Assembly: GCA_965226205.1 (NCBI GenBank)
Contig: CBDDCJ010000025.1
Span: 36,800-100,799, forward strand
Direction of reading: 5' to 3'
DNA: 64,000 nt
Source of the DNA: Opitutales bacterium
GTDB lineage: Bacteria; Verrucomicrobiota; Verrucomicrobiia; Opitutales; UBA2987
Position 1 is the stretch's first letter. Each line of letters opens with the position of its first letter. The position numbers and the translations under genes were made by a program. This document shows positions 1 through 10,323 of this stretch, in pieces. The notes below the pieces were generated by a model. That model saw only the letters and a program-made list of their open reading frames with translations, ran no database searches and had not been told where the DNA came from.

Positions 1-35
1 ATCATTTCCCTTTTTGCTATGGTTTTGATACGGAT

Positions 36-1016
36 TTGCAAATGAAAGCAAAGAGAGGCCCTCTTTTCATGAAGAATATCGCCTGTCTGAATTTTCTGGC
101 TGTCACGTTCCCACATATTCGAGCTAGTATCGCCCTCGCCGTGCTGGCATGCATGACCCAAGGTTGCGTTTCGCTGGAAAAAATCGCCATCAATAAAATG
201 GGGGATGCTCTGGCTTCCGGCGGTACGACTTTCACTTCGGACGATGATCCCGAACTGGTGGCCGCAGCCATGCCTTTCAGCCTGAAGTTGATGGAAACGC
301 TACTGGAGCAGGTTCCGGAGCACGCGGGCCTCCTTTACGCCACCGCCAGCGGTTTTACCCAGTACGGATATGCTTTTGTAGAGCAGGAAGCCGATCGTCT
401 TGAGGATACCGATCTGGATGCCGCCTTTACCCTTCGCAGCCGGGCTCAAAAACTCTATCTGCGAGCGCGCAACTACGGCTTGCGGGGCCTGGATGTGAGT
501 ATGTCCGGTTTTCAGAACGGTCTGCGTGAGAATCCCCAGCAAATGGTCCAAAGGGCAGCCATTAAGGATGTTCCCTTGCTCTACTGGACGGCCTCGGCCT
601 GGGTCTCCGCCATAGCCATTTCCAAGGAGGCCGATTTGATCGGCGATCTCCCGATAGTCGATGCCCTCATCGACCGAGCCCTGGAATTGGACGATACCTA
701 CGATTACGGGGCCATCCACTCCTTTCTCATCACCTATGAGATGACTCGCGGCAAAAATGCGGAAACGCCCGAAATTCGTTCGCGGCGTCACTATAAAAGA
801 GCCGTCGAGCTATCGGACGGACTGCAAGCGGGGCCTCATGTCTCTCTGGCCGTAGCGGTCTCCATTCCCAACCAAAATCGCGCCGAATTCCGGATACTCC
901 TCAACAAGGCTCTCGCTATCGACACCGATCTTCGGCCAGAATGGCGTTTATCCAATCTCATCTTTCAACGCCGGGCGCAATGGCTCCTGGATAGAATCTA
1001 TCGCTATTTCCTCTAA
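36..1016 (+). CDS. TatT-family helical-repeat accessory protein of a TRAP (TPAT-type) transporter
   Basis: 326-aa ORF with a hydrophobic N-terminal signal or lipoprotein-like segment (alternative ATG at 69). The stretch FTSDDDPELVAAAMPFSLKLMETLL...YGYAFVEQEAD matches my memory of the TatT family. DctP- and DctQM-type genes follow directly on the same strand. Confidence 0.7.
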   Translation: MQMKAKRGPLFMKNIACLNFLAVTFPHIRASIALAVLACMTQGCVSLEKIAINKMGDALASGGTTFTSDDDPELVAAAMPFSLKLMETLLEQVPEHAGLLYATASGFTQYGYAFVEQEADRLEDTDLDAAFTLRSRAQKLYLRARNYGLRGLDVSMSGFQNGLRENPQQMVQRAAIKDVPLLYWTASAWVSAIAISKEADLIGDLPIVDALIDRALELDDTYDYGAIHSFLITYEMTRGKNAETPEIRSRRHYKRAVELSDGLQAGPHVSLAVAVSIPNQNRAEFRILLNKALAIDTDLRPEWRLSNLIFQRRAQWLLDRIYRYFL

Positions 1017-1041
1017 TTTTATCAAAAATCCCGCTTCCACC

Positions 1042-2067
1042 ATGCGATCCATCTGCCGCGCAATCATTTTACTGGCCGTATTCACGTCTTCTATTTATGT
1101 GGGCGTAAAAGTGGAGGCTGCGGAGAAAAAACATATCATTAAACTGACCACCATCGCGCCCAAGGGCGGCTCCTTCCACCGTTCGCTGCAACGCATGGGG
1201 CAGGCCTGGAGGGAGGTTTCCGGCGGTTCCGTGGAGTTGATAATTTACCCCGGCGGCATCCAGGGAGGAGAGGCCGCCATGGTGGACCGGATGCGCATCA
1301 AACAAATTCAGGCCGGTATGCTGACGACGACCGGGTTGAGCGAGATCGAGCCGGCGGTGGCCGGCCTGCAGTTCTTGCCCATGATGTTCAGGAACCTGGC
1401 GGAAGTCGATTATGTGAGCGAAAAACTCCGCCCCATGCTGGAAAAGCGGCTGCGGGAAAAAGGTTTCATCGCCCTTTTCTGGGCCGATATTGGCTGGGTG
1501 CGTTTCTTTTCCAGGACTCCAGTAACCACCCCGGACGACCTGAGAAAGCTCAAGCTCTTTACCTGGGCCGGAAGCACCGGCACGGCCGACACCTTTCGGG
1601 CCGCCGGATTTAAAGTGGTCCCCCTCGAACCGGAGGATATTCTGACCAGCATGCAGACCGGCCTTATCGACGCTGTTCCCGTGCCACCGATGATCGCACT
1701 GGGTACACAGATTTACACTCCGGCGCCTTATATGCTCGAACTCAATTGGTCTCCACTGGTGGGCGCGCTCGTAATTTCGAGAAGTGTCTGGGAGGAAATC
1801 CCGTTTCACATGCGCATGGAAATGATAAAGTCGACACGGATTGCGGGCGATGAAATCAAGGCCACGGGACGACGGGAAAACGAGGAGTCGGTCACGACAA
1901 TGGTGGAAAAATGGGGATTGAAAGTGCAAAAAGTAAACCCCGGAATGGAGTCGATATGGAGGCGTGAGGCGGAGAAAGTTTACGAATTCGTCCGCACCAA
2001 AATTGTTCCAACCGAGATATTCGATGAAGTCCGCAGGCAGTTAGACGAATACCGGAAAGATCATTAA
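1042..2067 (+). CDS. TRAP transporter periplasmic solute-binding protein (DctP/TatP type)
   Basis: 341 aa with an N-terminal signal peptide (MRSICRAIILLAVFTSSIYVGVKVEA). It has DctP-family length and sequence character and sits between the TatT-like and DctQM-like genes. Confidence 0.85.
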   Translation: MRSICRAIILLAVFTSSIYVGVKVEAAEKKHIIKLTTIAPKGGSFHRSLQRMGQAWREVSGGSVELIIYPGGIQGGEAAMVDRMRIKQIQAGMLTTTGLSEIEPAVAGLQFLPMMFRNLAEVDYVSEKLRPMLEKRLREKGFIALFWADIGWVRFFSRTPVTTPDDLRKLKLFTWAGSTGTADTFRAAGFKVVPLEPEDILTSMQTGLIDAVPVPPMIALGTQIYTPAPYMLELNWSPLVGALVISRSVWEEIPFHMRMEMIKSTRIAGDEIKATGRRENEESVTTMVEKWGLKVQKVNPGMESIWRREAEKVYEFVRTKIVPTEIFDEVRRQLDEYRKDH

Positions 2068-2088
2068 GATCAAGCATTCCCACCACCG

Positions 2089-3960
2089 ATGAATCCAGAG
2101 ACCGAGGCGGAGCAACCGGATGAAAAAAGCGGCAGACCGGCATGGCTTAAATTTTTCCATCAAGTCGAAAACCTGCTCGTGACGTTTTCCCTGGCCGGCA
2201 TGGTTTTGCTGCCCCTGGCGGAAATTGCCCTGCGAAAGTTTTTCCAGCAAAGCATCTCCGGCGTCACTGCGATCGTGCAGCACCTGGTGCTTGTCTCCTC
2301 GCTGCTGGGGGCGGCCATCGCGGCGCGGGAAGACCGCCTTCTCTCGATGTCCACCGTGAGCACTTTCCTAAAAGGTCGTTGGAAAACCGGGGCGGATGTC
2401 TTCAGCGGTGCCTTTTCCATTTCCATCTGCGCCGGCCTGGCCGCAGCCGGCAGCCAGTATGTTCTCATTTCCAGGGAGGCGGGCAAGATACTTGCTTATG
2501 GGGTTCCAGTGTGGGCCATTCAAGCGCTCATGCCCCTTGGGTTTGCCGTCATCGCCTGTCGAATTCTCCGCCATAGCGCCAAATCCTGGAAAGAAGGCCT
2601 CCTCATTTTGGTCATTGGCGGGTTTTTAATCGGGCTCGGGATTTATCCTCCCGTTGACCCGGGGAACCTGGTCGTGCCGCTGCTCATGCTTCTGGGGGTA
2701 GCCATCATTTTAGGGGCGCCCATTTTTTGCGCATTGGGGGGTGCCGCCCTGATTCTTATTTGGGGTGCCAGCAATCCCATCGCCTCCATTGCCGTTGACC
2801 ACTACCGTATGGTCTTGAACCCGACCCTGGCGGCCATCCCGCTATTCACCCTGGCCGGATATTTTCTGGCCGAAGGTGGAGCGTCCAGCCGTCTGATCGC
2901 GGTATTTCAAGCCCTGGTAGGGCAAATTAAAGGGGGTCCCGTTATCGTGACCGCTCTGGTTTGCGCATTTTTTACCTCATTTACGGGTGCGTCCGGAGTA
3001 ACCATTCTGGCCCTCGGGGGGCTCCTCATGCCGGTGCTCATTTCAGCCCGCTACAGTGAAAAGGACGCCCTCGGGCTGCTTACTTCGGCGGGGTCGCTGG
3101 GGCTGTTGTTCCCCCCCTGCCTACCCCTCATCCTATATGCCGTGGTGGCCACTTCCAACGGGGCCACGGTGACGATTAAAGAAATATTTCTGGGGGGCCT
3201 CGGCCCCGGCCTTCTCATACTGGCCCTGACGGCCTGGTGGGGTGTTCAACGGGCCTCCAAAACCGCAAATAAGGACGATATTCCCGCATTCAATATAAAA
3301 ACGGCAGGGCGGGCCATTTGGGCGGCAAAATGGGAGCTGCTCCTGCCGGTTGTCGCCCTCACCGCGTTATTCGGCGGGTTCGCCACCCCGGTGGAAGCGG
3401 CCGCCGTGACCGCCCTCTATGCCTTTGTAGTAGAAACATTCATCTATCGAGACCTCAAATTTTTTCAAGACTCTCCCAGGGTCATGACGGAGTGCGGCCT
3501 GCTTGTTGGCGGGGTGCTCCTCATTCTCGGTGTAGCCATGGGTTTCAACAATTACTTGATTGATGCGCGCCTGCCAGATCAAGCGGTTGACTGGGTTGGG
3601 CGGACCATCGAGAACCGCTGGATGTTCCTGCTCACCCTGAACTTTTTTCTCCTCCTGGTGGGCTGCGTGATGGATATCTTTTCGGCCACTGTGGTGGTCG
3701 TGCCCCTCATAATCCCCATGGGGCTGGCCTTTGGAATCGATCCCATCCATTTGGGCATCATTTTCCTGGCCAACCTGGAACTCGGTTACCTGACCCCCCC
3801 GGTGGGTATGAATCTTTTTATTTCTGCCATGCGCTTCAAGAAGTCCCTGCCCTATGTTTACCGGTCCGTTTTTCCCCTGCTTCTGGTGCGGATACCCGGA
3901 GTTTTGCTGATCACCTATTGGCCGGCGTTGACCCTCACCCTGCCCGGTTTGCTGAAATAG
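2089..3960 (+). CDS. TRAP transporter fused small/large membrane component (DctQ-DctM fusion)
   Basis: 623 aa and very hydrophobic throughout. An N-terminal ~170-aa DctQ-like part is followed by a ~430-aa DctM-like part. The gap after the binding-protein gene is 21 bp. Confidence 0.85.
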   Translation: MNPETEAEQPDEKSGRPAWLKFFHQVENLLVTFSLAGMVLLPLAEIALRKFFQQSISGVTAIVQHLVLVSSLLGAAIAAREDRLLSMSTVSTFLKGRWKTGADVFSGAFSISICAGLAAAGSQYVLISREAGKILAYGVPVWAIQALMPLGFAVIACRILRHSAKSWKEGLLILVIGGFLIGLGIYPPVDPGNLVVPLLMLLGVAIILGAPIFCALGGAALILIWGASNPIASIAVDHYRMVLNPTLAAIPLFTLAGYFLAEGGASSRLIAVFQALVGQIKGGPVIVTALVCAFFTSFTGASGVTILALGGLLMPVLISARYSEKDALGLLTSAGSLGLLFPPCLPLILYAVVATSNGATVTIKEIFLGGLGPGLLILALTAWWGVQRASKTANKDDIPAFNIKTAGRAIWAAKWELLLPVVALTALFGGFATPVEAAAVTALYAFVVETFIYRDLKFFQDSPRVMTECGLLVGGVLLILGVAMGFNNYLIDARLPDQAVDWVGRTIENRWMFLLTLNFFLLLVGCVMDIFSATVVVVPLIIPMGLAFGIDPIHLGIIFLANLELGYLTPPVGMNLFISAMRFKKSLPYVYRSVFPLLLVRIPGVLLITYWPALTLTLPGLLK

Positions 3961-3975
3961 CCGGGACATCAACAC

Positions 3976-6804
3976 CTACAGATCGCTCTCGGGAATAGGC
4001 GGGTCGATTGGAGGATCGAAGCTTTCTTGCTTTTTTTCCACGTTGGGTAGAGGCTGCTGATTGAGCGGACTGCTGAATACATTGACGGGATTGATCTGGA
4101 AACGCCACCTGGGTTCCTTCAGGGTACCCCGAAGACGCAGTTCGAGGGCATTTTCGAAGGGCTTGAGGATGGGTCCGAGGATGGCCAAAATGGATTTTTC
4201 TCCGTTTTCGAAAAAATGAACCCGCACTTTGAAATCAAGCCCGCCTTCCGGCATGACAATCCCACCGCGAGCCCGGATTAGGGAGCCCGGACCGCTCACG
4301 CTCACTTCCGGAAATTGGAGCAGGTTTTCATTCAGAATAAATTCTCCTTCTGCGGTATCGAGCTTGAAGGTGGTAAAATTTAACCCGGTTCCATAGAGGG
4401 CGCGCGAGAGACCGCCAAAGAGGTGAACTTTCCCCAAATCCGCCTCTGTTACCTGCAATTTCCCCACTCCCTTGAAACTGTAGAGATCGCCGGGCACGCC
4501 GGTAGCGGTAAAATCCATATCAAGAAGGCCGCTGCCAGCCTGCATCCGGGGAGATTTTTTTCCGCCGTTCGCAGTTGGGCTGTCAGGGGGCTGCAACCAA
4601 CCCAAAGTCTCAAATGCCTTTCTTTGGTCCGCATCTTTCAAGAACAAAACCACATCCAATTTGTTTTGAGATTCAATTTTTTGCCAGGTAAGCCGGCCTC
4701 CTCCATCTCCCCCCGCAAATCCAAAACCGACCTGCTCCATCTCAAAACGATTATCTGTGAGATCGGATTGAAAATGAAGATAATCCATGGGATAACCCAG
4801 GTAGGATAGAGGCGCGTCGGAAGCTGCCTGCAAATGGATCTTTCTTCGAATCGGCCAGGGCGCCGAGGGATAGTAGAGATTTCCCGTGAGGTGCAATTCC
4901 GGCGGCTCGGTTAGATCGAAATCCGCCACTACCGCGGAGACATCTGGCCCCAGCAGGGTGGATAATGGCGCAATATCCAGATGGGTCCTCAGGTCCAATA
5001 TTTGTGCAACCGCTGCTTTGTCCTGAAAAACCCATATTACGGACCCTCTGGCGCTTCCCTCCGGTCGAACCGCATGGAGGTCATAAATTTCCACAAATCC
5101 GGGTAGAGCCCAGCTCTTAAGATCGAAGACCTTAAATTCGGCATTCTTAAAAATCACGTCCCGCCCGTTGTAAGAGCCGAAATAAAATTTCAATCCACTC
5201 TCCCTCCAACCAGCCCTGACTTCCAGATCGGCATGGAGGGGGACTTCGCCAAAGGAGATATTTTTCCAGATATTATCCCACCAATCCGGCATGATGGGGT
5301 TGAGTAGAATGGGATTGCCTTGACCGGCCAGAAGCAGGCGGTATTCACCCTCTTTTAAATCGATTTCGAGCGAACCGTCCACTCTTTCTCCCGGCTTTTC
5401 CAGTGTGTATTCGGTCAGACGAATGAATTTGAGGTCGGCCCTGCCCCTGGCCTTGAACCGAAGGAAATCCACACCACCAAAGGAAAGGGGCCCAAGAGCC
5501 AGGCTGAAATCGGCAGCTTCAAATTTGAAATCCGGCCCGAAGGTAGAGGATACCTGCAAGTGAGGCGGAACCGAAAGTGTCAATCGGTCCAGAACGGCAG
5601 CTCCATTTCCAAGTCCGGCGAGGTATTTCCTTAATGCTTTGAATAGGTCCGCTTCGGAATCTAGGCTCAAAAAACCGCTTTTTTGCTGAATGTCAATATT
5701 GCCCCGCAATCGAATTGGATGGTTTTCAATCAAAGCTTGGGCCGAACCCGCAAGACGGGGAAAAGATAGTTTTAGATCACCGCTAAATGCTTCCACCGCA
5801 TTGCCTTCGGCCACGATACCGGCGGCTTTAAAAAGAGTAAGCCCGACATGGCCAGCCATCAGTTCGGGAACGGAGCGGGATTGGATGCGAACTGCCAGAT
5901 CAGTAGCGTGAATGCGGTTCTCCCAATCGAGATCGAGGACTTCCCCTACGATAGGTCGAGTAAATGCCAATTGAGGCAACTCAATGTGGGGAATCTCCAG
6001 CCGGAAAGCTCCGCCTCTCCATCCCCGGGGAAATATAAAAGCATCGCTGATTAAATTTAGCTGCGCCTTGGGCCGCTCGCCTTTGTTGAAAGAAAGCACG
6101 ATCCGGGCGACGGGATTTTCCACCGACCGCACCTTGGACTGCATCTCAATTACCTGTCGGCAAAAGGAAAGATAGCGCTCCAATGGCCGGGGGAGAAATG
6201 CAGGTTCCACCAATGGCTCTCCGGGAAGGGTAAATCCAGCCTGGGGCCAAGTTCCGCTGACGTGCGCCCGCAAGCCGGAGAAATGAAAATCAAACCGCTC
6301 GACCTCCCAGCTATTGTCGTGGCGGGTGAATCGGCCGTGGATTTTGTTGGCCACGGTTTCACTGACCCCGCTGTAGGAATAAAATGCCGGGCAAACAAGG
6401 CGTCCGTTTTGAAGAACGAGAGAATCCACGCTTACCCTTTTGAGAAGGAGCAGGGGTATATCGAGGGCGAGCTGCAAGGAATCGAATTGTCCCAGCAAAT
6501 CCCCACCCCTTTCCCTGAAAATCTTTAAACGCCGGGCGGTGACACGGCCGAGAAGATCGAAATTCAGTTTTTCCGTTTCCGCATAGAGCCCGTAATCAGC
6601 CAGGTTTTCTTGCAGGTCTTTGAGGACAAACTTCGGTATCGGAATATCCTTTCCGGTTATCAAATACCCGCTCACAATGGCCTGGACCAGGGCCAGTAAT
6701 AACAAAAAAATATTCAGCCCGTAAAGGCAGACGAAGTATAAAATCAGACTTCTTTTCGATATTTTCCGCTTTAAATTAAGAATCATGCCAATGCGGTAAA
6801 ACAA
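3976..6804 (-). CDS. large membrane-anchored hypothetical protein (possibly an AsmA/TamB-like C-terminus)
   Basis: 942-aa ORF with one N-terminal hydrophobic helix (LILYFVCLYGLNIFLLLLALV). I recognise no family with certainty. The C-terminal LELRLRGTLKEPRWRF is reminiscent of AsmA/TamB-type ends. The gap to the upstream DUF4340-like gene is 9 bp. Confidence 0.5.
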   Translation of the reverse strand: MFYRIGMILNLKRKISKRSLILYFVCLYGLNIFLLLLALVQAIVSGYLITGKDIPIPKFVLKDLQENLADYGLYAETEKLNFDLLGRVTARRLKIFRERGGDLLGQFDSLQLALDIPLLLLKRVSVDSLVLQNGRLVCPAFYSYSGVSETVANKIHGRFTRHDNSWEVERFDFHFSGLRAHVSGTWPQAGFTLPGEPLVEPAFLPRPLERYLSFCRQVIEMQSKVRSVENPVARIVLSFNKGERPKAQLNLISDAFIFPRGWRGGAFRLEIPHIELPQLAFTRPIVGEVLDLDWENRIHATDLAVRIQSRSVPELMAGHVGLTLFKAAGIVAEGNAVEAFSGDLKLSFPRLAGSAQALIENHPIRLRGNIDIQQKSGFLSLDSEADLFKALRKYLAGLGNGAAVLDRLTLSVPPHLQVSSTFGPDFKFEAADFSLALGPLSFGGVDFLRFKARGRADLKFIRLTEYTLEKPGERVDGSLEIDLKEGEYRLLLAGQGNPILLNPIMPDWWDNIWKNISFGEVPLHADLEVRAGWRESGLKFYFGSYNGRDVIFKNAEFKVFDLKSWALPGFVEIYDLHAVRPEGSARGSVIWVFQDKAAVAQILDLRTHLDIAPLSTLLGPDVSAVVADFDLTEPPELHLTGNLYYPSAPWPIRRKIHLQAASDAPLSYLGYPMDYLHFQSDLTDNRFEMEQVGFGFAGGDGGGRLTWQKIESQNKLDVVLFLKDADQRKAFETLGWLQPPDSPTANGGKKSPRMQAGSGLLDMDFTATGVPGDLYSFKGVGKLQVTEADLGKVHLFGGLSRALYGTGLNFTTFKLDTAEGEFILNENLLQFPEVSVSGPGSLIRARGGIVMPEGGLDFKVRVHFFENGEKSILAILGPILKPFENALELRLRGTLKEPRWRFQINPVNVFSSPLNQQPLPNVEKKQESFDPPIDPPIPESDL

Positions 6805-6813
6805 TAAGACGCA

Positions 6814-8817
6814 TTATTCCTCATCCTGGTCGGATTCGGTCTCCTCGATACTATCTGGCAGAGGTTCGGCTGTTGGTGGCCTCCCGCCGGTTTCATCAAC
6901 AGGCGCGGTTTCCGGTATTGGTTGAGGCGCCACATCCTGCAAACCGGGCACATGCCGGCGGAATGCCAGGGTATAGAGAGCTTCGATCAAGTCCTGGCTC
7001 AATTCAAAAATGAGATTATATTCTGGCGACCCACCAATCTGGGTGGTCCCCCCAATGCGATCGGTAAAGTAAAAGTTATAGATTCGCAATTGGTTCTCCG
7101 CCCCCCCCGGCAGGCTAATTTTCGATTCGAGAAGGTATTTCCAGGGCAAGACTTTGTCGCCGAGATTGAAGTCGCCGGAGAATTCGGTTTTCAGGTAGGA
7201 TTTTACTTTGAAGCGGTTCGAATATTCCAAAAGCGTTTGGGCCGCCTTGCGCTCGTTTTCGTCCAGTAGGTCCAAGGCATCGGCAAATCCCATTTCTTTT
7301 CCCATTACCGCGATATCTGTGTTGCCTCCGATGTCCCCTCCCGCTTGCCGGTCCAGAACAAAAAGGGTTTCCCCTGATTCCAAATCCCGCAAAGCAATCG
7401 ACTCAATAAGGGCAGACTTGGGTTGGTTGTGAAATGTGCGGAACCGGAAATGCAGGGCGCGGGCTTGCAAGTGGCGCAAAATTTCTACCGGCACCTGATA
7501 AACAAAGGGCTTGGCCTCCATTTTGGCATAAATTAATTCCCCCGATGGATCCAGATCGCCCAGTAAAAGTATCTGCTCCCCATTTGCGTGCAGTGTCACG
7601 CGCCTTTGCGGGTCATTGATTCCGAATTGTTCGAGGTCTGCTTCGGAGGGGGCATTTTTGGGAAAGCTGACCGCTTTCATTTCGAGCAGCGCATCCATCA
7701 ATTCGTTCACCAGAGACGGTTCGGCGGACCAGGCATGCAAAGCTCCGGCATCGTCCTTAATCGGTAATTGCCAGCCGCCGGCCTCAAATTTTTGCAGGTT
7801 TACACGTTTTTGGCCCGAGGCGATTTCGATTTCGTTGAGGGAGGCCGGATTAAATTGCACGAATTTTTTCTCGCGTAATGTTTTCTGCGCCCTCAGCAGA
7901 TTGTCAAATGGCTCTGCCAGAACAGAAAAAACGGTGTCATTATCGGATAATTTGGCAAATCGGCGGGACGGTCCGGAATTGATCGGGATAATATTGCCAA
8001 GCAAAAGCGTTTGCCGGCGGTTGTTGCCCTCGATGGACACACGCAGAGAAATAGACGAATCATCCAGACCCTGCCCCTGAAGGTCTGACGGCAGAAAATC
8101 GGTAACCCGTATGGCGGTCAGCCGGTTGATGGTGGTTTCCACCAAGACCGGATCGGCCCCGGTTTGGATGGGGGTTAAAAAGTTCCACTTATTATCGTTC
8201 TTTTCGATCCTTACGATGGTGTTTCCAGGGCTAACCGCGACCCTCAGAGCCCGCGCCTCGAAAAGTGGAATATGGAAGACTTTCGACTCCCGAAGGTCGG
8301 TTAGTTCCAGGGAGATGCTTTCCAGAAGTCCCCGGCTTACTACTAAGACTTCGCTTTGGTCGGGTGAGAGAATGTAAAGCCGTTCGCCGGTACCGGTGGC
8401 TTCCCCGATTTTGAGAACGGTTTTTTCTCTCCCCCGGCCTAAAGTGAGAATGGCCCGTGGCTCGTCCAGCCCATAATCGCCAAGGGTCCGACCGGCATTT
8501 TCAATTTCGCGGACAGTAAAAGAGGACTCCTTTTCCAAAAACTGGAGCTGGTTGAGAATGCGGCTGACAGCAAAAAAATTGGCTGGCCACTCGATGGGGG
8601 CGGCAATGCGCCAATCTTCGCCGTTCTTGCGCAAAATCCAGTGGGCATTGAGGTCCTGACCCTCGATCTCAAGATAATCGCAATTATCAACCAGACCAGC
8701 AGACAGGACCGGACCGACGCCCGGCAGGTCGCCAGACGATTCTTTTTCGATAAGGTATATTATTCCAAATAGAACCAGATTGAGAACCAGAAGAAAGAGT
8801 GTGAGTTTTAGGCGCAT
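6814..8817 (-). CDS. DUF4340-like protein with an acidic C-terminal tail
   Basis: 667 aa with an N-terminal membrane anchor (LKLTLFLLVLNLVLFGIIYLI). It lies immediately downstream of a GldG-like gene, the usual context of DUF4340. The C-terminus is Pro/Glu/Asp-rich. The family call rests mainly on context. Confidence 0.5.
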   Translation of the reverse strand: MRLKLTLFLLVLNLVLFGIIYLIEKESSGDLPGVGPVLSAGLVDNCDYLEIEGQDLNAHWILRKNGEDWRIAAPIEWPANFFAVSRILNQLQFLEKESSFTVREIENAGRTLGDYGLDEPRAILTLGRGREKTVLKIGEATGTGERLYILSPDQSEVLVVSRGLLESISLELTDLRESKVFHIPLFEARALRVAVSPGNTIVRIEKNDNKWNFLTPIQTGADPVLVETTINRLTAIRVTDFLPSDLQGQGLDDSSISLRVSIEGNNRRQTLLLGNIIPINSGPSRRFAKLSDNDTVFSVLAEPFDNLLRAQKTLREKKFVQFNPASLNEIEIASGQKRVNLQKFEAGGWQLPIKDDAGALHAWSAEPSLVNELMDALLEMKAVSFPKNAPSEADLEQFGINDPQRRVTLHANGEQILLLGDLDPSGELIYAKMEAKPFVYQVPVEILRHLQARALHFRFRTFHNQPKSALIESIALRDLESGETLFVLDRQAGGDIGGNTDIAVMGKEMGFADALDLLDENERKAAQTLLEYSNRFKVKSYLKTEFSGDFNLGDKVLPWKYLLESKISLPGGAENQLRIYNFYFTDRIGGTTQIGGSPEYNLIFELSQDLIEALYTLAFRRHVPGLQDVAPQPIPETAPVDETGGRPPTAEPLPDSIEETESDQDEE

Positions 8818-8832
8818 GTGTCTCTGTGCTAT

Positions 8833-10317
8833 TTAATGCCTGCGCATCCACCCGACCACAAATCCCATTACGGCGAGCAGTCCGGGGATGGTTAAAAGCA
8901 ATAAACCGAGCCGGTTCAATTCCCGCCCGCTGATCACTAGTTGAAATTTCTCGATCGGCCGAGGCGGTATGGCTAACATCCTGTCCCGGCCAAGGCACCA
9001 GTTTATGGTATTCAAAAAGAGCATGAAATTTCCTATGGCGCCGATCCGCTGGTTGGCAATGAGATCGGAATTCCCGAAAGCCACCAGGCGCCCCCCAGAA
9101 AAGTCGATGCCCAGTTTCGATGACACTTTGCGCTCGGAAACCGCGGCAATGCTGACCGGTCCATTGAGGTCCGTATCGAAATCGTATTTGAGATCCTCGA
9201 TATCCTCAGCCTGCCGGTAGGATCTCTCCGCCCAACTGTCGGTTGATGAAGCCATTAACGGGACTGTACTCAGCCGCTCGTCCGGGGGTGATCCCAGATC
9301 GAGACGCACCGGTCGGGTTATCCCAACCATAATAGGAATGTGGTTTTGTAATAAAATATCGGTGATAGGGTGCTCGGCGAATCTTCGTATGAGCAAATCG
9401 CCGTTTGTTTCCTGATAGTCCGGACCGGGGTCAACGATGAGCATGTCATCGGTCAAAATTCCCCATTCGTAAAAAATGTCGTCCAGCCCATGATTGCGCC
9501 AAGGATCGATGAGGATTACAAGGCGCCCGGCATTGTCGCCCAGGTAAATTCGCAATTTCTCAACCTCATGCTTCATCACGGGCCCCTGGGGGGAGGCTAT
9601 GACCACCAGATCGGCATCTTCAGGCACATCCGGCAAAATAGCCAGGTCCAACGTTTGCAGTTCAATATTTCTGTCCTTCAATTGCTGCGCCAACTCGGAA
9701 AGCCCTCGCCTGGGATCGACATCGTCCAGGCGCATTTCGCCATGCCCGGCCAGAAAATAGATTTTTTGCCTACGATTTCCAGATACCTCCATAAGTGCCG
9801 ATGTAAAAGCTTTTTCGCCCTTATAAGCCGAGGGCAGGCCCTCCCTCAGTTCAACAATATCGGTCGGCAGCAATTGCCGGCGCCTGTCGCCCGAAACCAC
9901 CAGGATGACATTGGGCTGGCTAATTCCGTAAGTGCGCGAAATAACATCCGCTTTTTTGATTTCCTTGTAAATATCGACAAATTCCACCTCGATTTTCCGT
10001 TTGCCGTTTATCAGACTGGCGTATTCGTATTCTTTAAGCAATCTGCGCACATATTTGTAGATTTGACGCAACTGCGCTTCGGGGGCGTCTTTCGGGATGG
10101 TGACTATGATTTTAGCCACGGCCTCCATTTTCTTAATTTCCGCCACCGTCTCCGGGGAAAGTGTATAGACGCGATGGTGGGAAAGATCGAAACGTGTGAA
10201 ATGCCTGGCCGCTAAAAAATTCAATCCGGCAATTAAAATGATGCCGAGCAGAATTTGCGCGCACCGGTTGAGGCGTTTGCACCAATTGACGGTCCTGAAA
10301 TTTTCTGCCCGGAACAT
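8833..10317 (-). CDS. GldG-like ABC-transporter-associated protein
   Basis: 494 aa with N- and C-terminal hydrophobic helices flanking a large soluble region. It lies directly downstream (6-bp gap) of an ABC-2 permease and an ABC ATPase, the GldA/F/G-type arrangement. Confidence 0.7.
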   Translation of the reverse strand: MFRAENFRTVNWCKRLNRCAQILLGIILIAGLNFLAARHFTRFDLSHHRVYTLSPETVAEIKKMEAVAKIIVTIPKDAPEAQLRQIYKYVRRLLKEYEYASLINGKRKIEVEFVDIYKEIKKADVISRTYGISQPNVILVVSGDRRRQLLPTDIVELREGLPSAYKGEKAFTSALMEVSGNRRQKIYFLAGHGEMRLDDVDPRRGLSELAQQLKDRNIELQTLDLAILPDVPEDADLVVIASPQGPVMKHEVEKLRIYLGDNAGRLVILIDPWRNHGLDDIFYEWGILTDDMLIVDPGPDYQETNGDLLIRRFAEHPITDILLQNHIPIMVGITRPVRLDLGSPPDERLSTVPLMASSTDSWAERSYRQAEDIEDLKYDFDTDLNGPVSIAAVSERKVSSKLGIDFSGGRLVAFGNSDLIANQRIGAIGNFMLFLNTINWCLGRDRMLAIPPRPIEKFQLVISGRELNRLGLLLLTIPGLLAVMGFVVGWMRRH

Positions 10318-10323
10318 TGAATT

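Noticed and set aside
1069-1929. 286-aa minus-strand ORF
   Set aside because: It is antisense to the DctP-type binding-protein gene and is a shadow ORF.
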